Both the position numbers and the translations under genes were made by a program. DNA of 64,000 nucleotides, taken from positions 434,001 to 498,000 of the forward strand of contig AP026142.1 of NCBI GenBank assembly GCA_030295235.1. Direction: 5' to 3'. Shown here piece by piece: positions 58,685 through 64,000 of the stretch. The stretch is from Fistulifera solaris (lineage: Eukaryota). The notes beneath the pieces were generated by a model, which was given only the letters and a program-made list of their open reading frames with translations, was not told the origin of the DNA and made no database searches. The first letter of the stretch is position 1. Every line of letters begins with the position of its first letter.

Positions 58685-61635
58685 ATGGAAAGAAAGATTG
58701 ATGATTCGGCAGAACTCCTGGAAGAGGAGAAGAAAGAGAATGAGCACACTGAAACAACCTCGTTCGGTCCAAACAAAACAAACGACAATGAGAACCGGCC
58801 GTTGAGTAGTAATAACACGGAAAATAGAGGCTTGCAACCATCCTCATCAAGACGAACCGTCTCTTGGAAGCTACTTTACTGGATCGGATTCATGTTGCGG
58901 TTCGTCTTTTGGATGTTTCGATCGCTCTCGTGTTTGCCCTCTCGTTGATGACGATCTATTTGGGACGATTCACCGATGAGTACTTGATTCCCGCTGGAAA
59001 ACTCATGACTTGGAATTCCCAGCGCGCTGCACGAGAATTGACTTACTTTCATCGATACTGCGACGAAGAGGACCAGAGTACGCATTATGCGGCCGATTTA
59101 CTCGTTGACAGTGACATGACCGCCGAGGATGCGACCCAGGTCATGCTGACGCACGGAGCAGCCATGTTTCCCAATATCTTATCTGAAGAAACAGCGACCG
59201 AGTTGCGTGACTTTATTTTGGAACAGAATAAAAAGAATGAGGACATGATTTATGTCATTGAAAATACCAATCGCTGGTCCTTCTACTTGACGGTGGATCA
59301 ACATCCATCCGTTTCGAAAGCACTTCATGAACTGCTCAATACCAACCCACTACTCATTCAATCGTTAGAAAAAATTGCAGGCCATAATCCGGCCGTCATT
59401 GAGCTTACTACCATTACCAGCGCGTACGGGGCGGTCGATCAACACTGGCACCAAGATGTAGTACCCGAAAACAACGGCGCGAAGTATTCTCGCAACTTTG
59501 TGCCATCTTACTCGCTGTTCATTCCTTTACAAAATACAACCACCGCTATGGGTGCCACGGGATTGTGTCCCGGAACAACCATGTGTGCCGATGGGTGCGG
59601 AACATTCTGTGCCGAGACGGGTTTTCGACTTTCGGAGGCGACTGCTGAAGGAAATTGGCCCGTAGGGTGGGGTGCTCTCGTCAATCAACAAACGACTCAT
59701 ATGGGCGCCGGACATACCGATCCCCAGGGTCCTCACCGAGTGGTCATGGTCATCACGTTTGCACCCCGTCCACGATTTGGTCCTCATGAATTGGAGACGC
59801 GAATGATCGGCATGGGTGGCTCATATTCCCTGCACTGGTCACAATGGGGGCATACACTGCGAGACTTTTCGAATCCCCAACGGTACATGAAACAACCGTG
59901 GCGAACACTACGGAGTTTGGGACTGCACAAACCTTCTGGTACGGATTGGGGCTGGGATTTCGTGAGTCAAACACTTCAACGTGTGATGAACGGCGATGTG
60001 GGTTATTATCTGGACGATCTTGTTGAGTTTGTGGACAATGGCGGATTCCCCTTCCTTCCACAATATCTGCAAGGCCAGTTGCCCCCTGGAGAGATCAAGA
60101 GCGCTCGGACTGGATGGATTCAAATCTTTAGGAACACGCTTGAAAAGTGGCTTGAGTTTGTCAGCCGAGCATATGCCCATTGTCTGCGGTTCTTGTTGTT
60201 GGCGATTTTGGTTATTGTAATGTTCGCCGACAAGCCATTTGTTCAAAGTGTCACCATGGTAGCGCGGATAGGGATGGTGCATTTGCTAATTTTTTTGTTG
60301 AGTTTGTGGGCGTGGAACAATTTGGAGAGTGGTAGCTGGGCCTTGAATGTCCGTCGCTCGGCAGCATTTCGCGTTCCCAGTGGGCCACATCCCATGTACC
60401 CCCATATCCCTGCCTCTATTCCTTCTAACGATGATGTCTTGATTTTAAATGAAATGAAATCATCTTACATGGCATCGTTCACCGATGTGCTGGAGGTCAT
60501 GCATCCTGGCAACAAGTACTTCAAGGATCTTATCGACGCCAGTAGCAAAGGATACCAGTCGCTACCAAGGAACTTGCAAGAAAGACTGCGAACAAGTATT
60601 GTAGATTTACTGCACGACGATCAGAGGAGAATCTTGACCAAGAACGAAGAAGGAAATTGGGCTGAGGTAGATCGCAATCACGCCATCTGGTATTGTCATA
60701 AACAGTTTAGTTCCAGAAGCAACGCTTTGATAGAGTTGTCGATGAATTATCTTGATCATGCTCTGATGGAAACGCGATTTGGGTACTTTCGTGACACTGT
60801 TATGCACCGAAAACACAGTCCTATGTTTCTGATGAAACTACAATCCGATCTCTTGCGGCTTTCACCGCACTCAAGAGCACATCCAAAGGAGGGACAACCT
60901 TCAAACACCTTTTTGGCGCGAAGCGGTTTACCGAAACTCCCAACGTTGAATAATGAAATTTTTCGAAGGAAAGAGAGCAGCCCTCTCATGTCAGTGCGAA
61001 AAGCTGAAGAGCCGTTTCCCGGGGCGTGGTCAGCAGAGGGTGACGAAGTAGAAGCTCTATACGCGAGTGATTCGAGAGGTAGGTTCAAAAAGTGTGTGCT
61101 TGGTTTGTTGTCTCCGATGTCGTTTTACTTGGGTACCTTACTATTTCCTTTTTCTATAGAATGGTATAAAGGAACAATCATACGAGCCAGCTCGGATCGA
61201 CTGACGTGGACGGTACGGTTCGACGACGGGGATGTTGTTGATAACGTTTGTGCGCAATGTGTGCGTCCTTTCGTTCCCTATTCAGTGGGAGAAAAGGTGG
61301 AAGTGCGCATTTCCGATTCCGAATTTGCGACCGGGCAAGTAGTGGCGGCCATGGACGGTACTTACGACGTGACCTTGGAAGATGGAAGCGTTGTTTTTGG
61401 TACATCCTGTGCCGAAATGCGACGGGTGGATGAAGTTTCAGAAGAAGATGATGATGATGATGATGACGTGATAATAGAGCCTGGAGATCGTGTGATGGCC
61501 ATGTTTCCCGGCCTGCCGAACCAATGGTTCCCTGGCGTGATTGAAGGACACAACAAGGACGGATCGTTTGCCATTCAATACGACGACGGTGATTATGCAC
61601 CTCGAGTCGATCCTCGTCACATCCGATTACTGTAA
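58685..61635 (+). CDS. Membrane protein with a PhyH-like 2OG-Fe(II) dioxygenase domain, a DUF6824-like segment and three Tudor/Agenet-like repeats
   Basis: QHWHQD, TTHMGAGH and HRVVMVITF; TM segments; HPGNKYFKDLI; repeats ending VRFDDGD, VTLEDGS and IQYDDGD. T-run frameshift ~58910; in-frame 81-nt intron 61079-61159. Confidence 0.72.
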
Positions 61636-62096
61636 CGTTAGCATGGAACATGGTTAGATATCTTGGGAGGGGATTCTTGCATCGCTTGTCCAGTTTGCCG
61701 TCTTTCAGCAACTATTAAATGCCTCTTGTATTAATATTAAATTTAGCTCAATACATTTCATACTTGTAAGTTTCTCACAATGCCAGAAGCGTGTCTATTT
61801 GGTGTGCAAGTAAAAGATCTAGGCAGGACCAGGTAGAACAAAAAGTTTTGCTCTAGATCTAGATCTATGTGTAACCCTACCTGTACCTGGTACCAGGTAA
61901 CGATAAGCACTTCCTCTTGTTCATTCAAGACGGGTGATAACGTCGTTGGATGCATGACAGACGAAAAACGTAAGATTTTTACCAAACGTTTTTGTTGACA
62001 AAAATAAACTATCGAATCCATCGTTACAACATTATACGGAGTAACTTTGAAAGTTAGTTTGCGATCCAATACTGTTGTCGGCATTCCTTCACAGCC

Positions 62097-64000
62097 ATGG
62101 ATGCGGCATCTTCCCATTCCTTCGGGATTTCGGAAATCCCAGGATCGCCTTCTTTCCGCAACTCGGCCGTCAACGCCATTGCGGTGATTCCCTTATTGAG
62201 TAGTAAGCGCGACGGTGACGATGCGTCGACGAAATCCACCAAATCCTTTGGCGATCTGTTTGATGCGCTGCGTCGATATACCCAAAGCTTCGGGCATTCG
62301 GCGTCCTCGGAAGGCGAAGATTTTTATCTAATCGTTCCGAATAGTAGTTTAACGAGACCGGGTGACTGGAAATATGACGAAACGCCCTTAAAAGGCTTTC
62401 ACTGGCAGCATGGCTGTCAGCGAATGCGCCTTTTGACGGACGCCCGGAATATTCGCGTTTGGCACATGACCGCTTAATGAATCATACGATTGCTAGAGAA
62501 TGGATCGATCTATGTCCGAGTCGCCGCACGGCCGCTGTCATTGGTGTGTTGAACGTTCACGATTGCCACGATATTTCCGATCTTCATCGGGCCGAAGAAG
62601 AGCTACGAAAATGGGCCGAGAAATACGCATCGCCTCCGTACGAAGTCTCGGCACATGGGAAAGATGCCGAACGGGATCATCCCGTTTACAGGATGTTTGT
62701 GTACGACAGCTTTGACGAAGAGGGTCAGAAAATTGATTTGTCACACTCGAAAATGGGCTCCCAAATTTTGGCATTTCCGCCCACCGATGATTCACACGCT
62801 CAAATGATGGATCTGCATTTGAACGTAGTTATTAACGATCTAGCAGTAGCTATCTTCCGAGACCTAGAGTCCAAGATTCGTGAGTCGGATCAAATCCGGA
62901 ACGCGTCAAATCCGCCGGCGCCTTCGCAAAACAGTGTGCTGAGTCGAATTATATCGGCGGGTAATAGTGATAGGGACAAATTCTCCGACCAATCCAAAGA
63001 TGGCAAATTAAATGTGGGACGACTGGCGGGTTTGGTGAGTGCGGGCAACCCATTGGCGGACACCGAGGCGGATGAGGCGAGCACTGCAACCAAAGGAGGC
63101 AACACCGAAGCAACATCGAGCGTGTCGGTGGATGGTTCATCGTTCAAAGCAAGCTCATCTTTACCGCTTCTCTTAACGCCGCTGGACACGTATTGGGAGC
63201 AAGCCAACTTGACCCGAAAAGACATGGAAGATATTCGTAAACGAGACATTGGCCGGCGCGAAAAGTATTCCGCGGACTTGGCTTTATTGGCCGGCTCCCC
63301 TTTAGATGCGTACGAAAGATACCTCAAAGCGGCGGAATTGTGCAAGAGTTCGTCTGCTTCGGACCCATTGTGGTATGCTGCTAGTCTAGAAGGATGCGCC
63401 GGTGCGCACATTTCCATGGCGGAGGCGGGAGGTTACAATGTTGATGAGTATTTGGAAAACAATTTTCAATTGCCCAAAGACTTCTTCAACTTGATGAAAA
63501 TTCCGGAGGGCGAGAAATATTCAAACGTTAAACAATCTCTCCCTGATGTCGTGATAGCCCTTTGCGAGGAAGCTTTAGCAATTGTAAGCAGGAACGCACT
63601 TCTCTCGGCCTATCGTGCTGAGATTTTGTTAAAGCTGGCATGGTATTTATCGGATTTGGCAGAGAGACATCAAAGGTGCCGTTGGGGTGAAGGTGATGGT
63701 TGCTATGCAGGCGAATCTGGAAGCATACCTCGATGGGAACGCCCGTCTGTTTTTTGCGTTGGAGTTTGACCCTGAAAAACTACGAGAAAATGGCGCATTC
63801 AATGCCCAAAAGCATACACTGAAACGAATCGCAAAAATTTGCGAGTTTTTGGGTACAGCAAGTAGTCTGAGCTCCCTTCATTCAGGCACCAGGGTAGATG
63901 TTGCAGCCCAAGCTGTGAGCATCTGTTTGCACGGCATTAAGGTGAGTTGCCACGTTTTAATCAAACGTCTCAAAAAAGAAACCCTCACTTTCACACTTTC
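62097..64000 (+). CDS. TRS120: TRAPP II subunit Trs120/TRAPPC9, 5' part (runs off the window)
   Basis: GRREKYSADLALLAGSPLDAYERYLKAAELCK...DPLWYAASLEG. Frameshifts ~62435 and ~63765; splice donor GTGAGT at 63942. Confidence 0.75.

Noticed and set aside
1..64000. tRNA, rRNA or snRNA genes
   Set aside because: No cloverleaf/T-loop or rRNA signature seen by eye; tRNAscan-SE/Infernal would be needed to exclude them.

Overview
Eukaryotic nuclear DNA, most likely from a pennate diatom. This is inferred from short GT-AG introns, several bipartite plastid-targeting presequences with an A/S-F cleavage motif, and a diatom-type Copia element. About 1-14 kb is a decayed zone. It holds an ankyrin-repeat relic, two convergent MscS-like genes (one a pseudogene) and a ~9.6-kb Ty1/Copia retrotransposon. 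That element has a nested solo LTR in gag, a 2.3-kb internal tandem duplication, only ~70 bp of matching terminal repeat and heavy CpG decay. About 14.8-27.2 kb and 48-64 kb are gene-dense housekeeping regions: MATE, SulP, RNase Z, CDKC, CGLD27, FKBP, S28 peptidase, FAM133-like, a lumenal protein, 6PGDH, EF-hand Tic20, Mis12-like, a 3xRRM protein, NBP35, a PhyH-Tudor fusion and TRS120. The most striking feature is a ~20-kb array (27.6-48 kb) of eight intronless paralogues plus one fragment. They encode a degenerate-ankyrin-like scaffold with conserved blocks, hypervariable loops and acidic tails, in two divergent blocks around EngB and an HIR-type SPFH gene. Many single-base frameshifts lie in homopolymers and are probably long-read consensus errors. 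All assignments come from motif recognition by eye; no database search was run.
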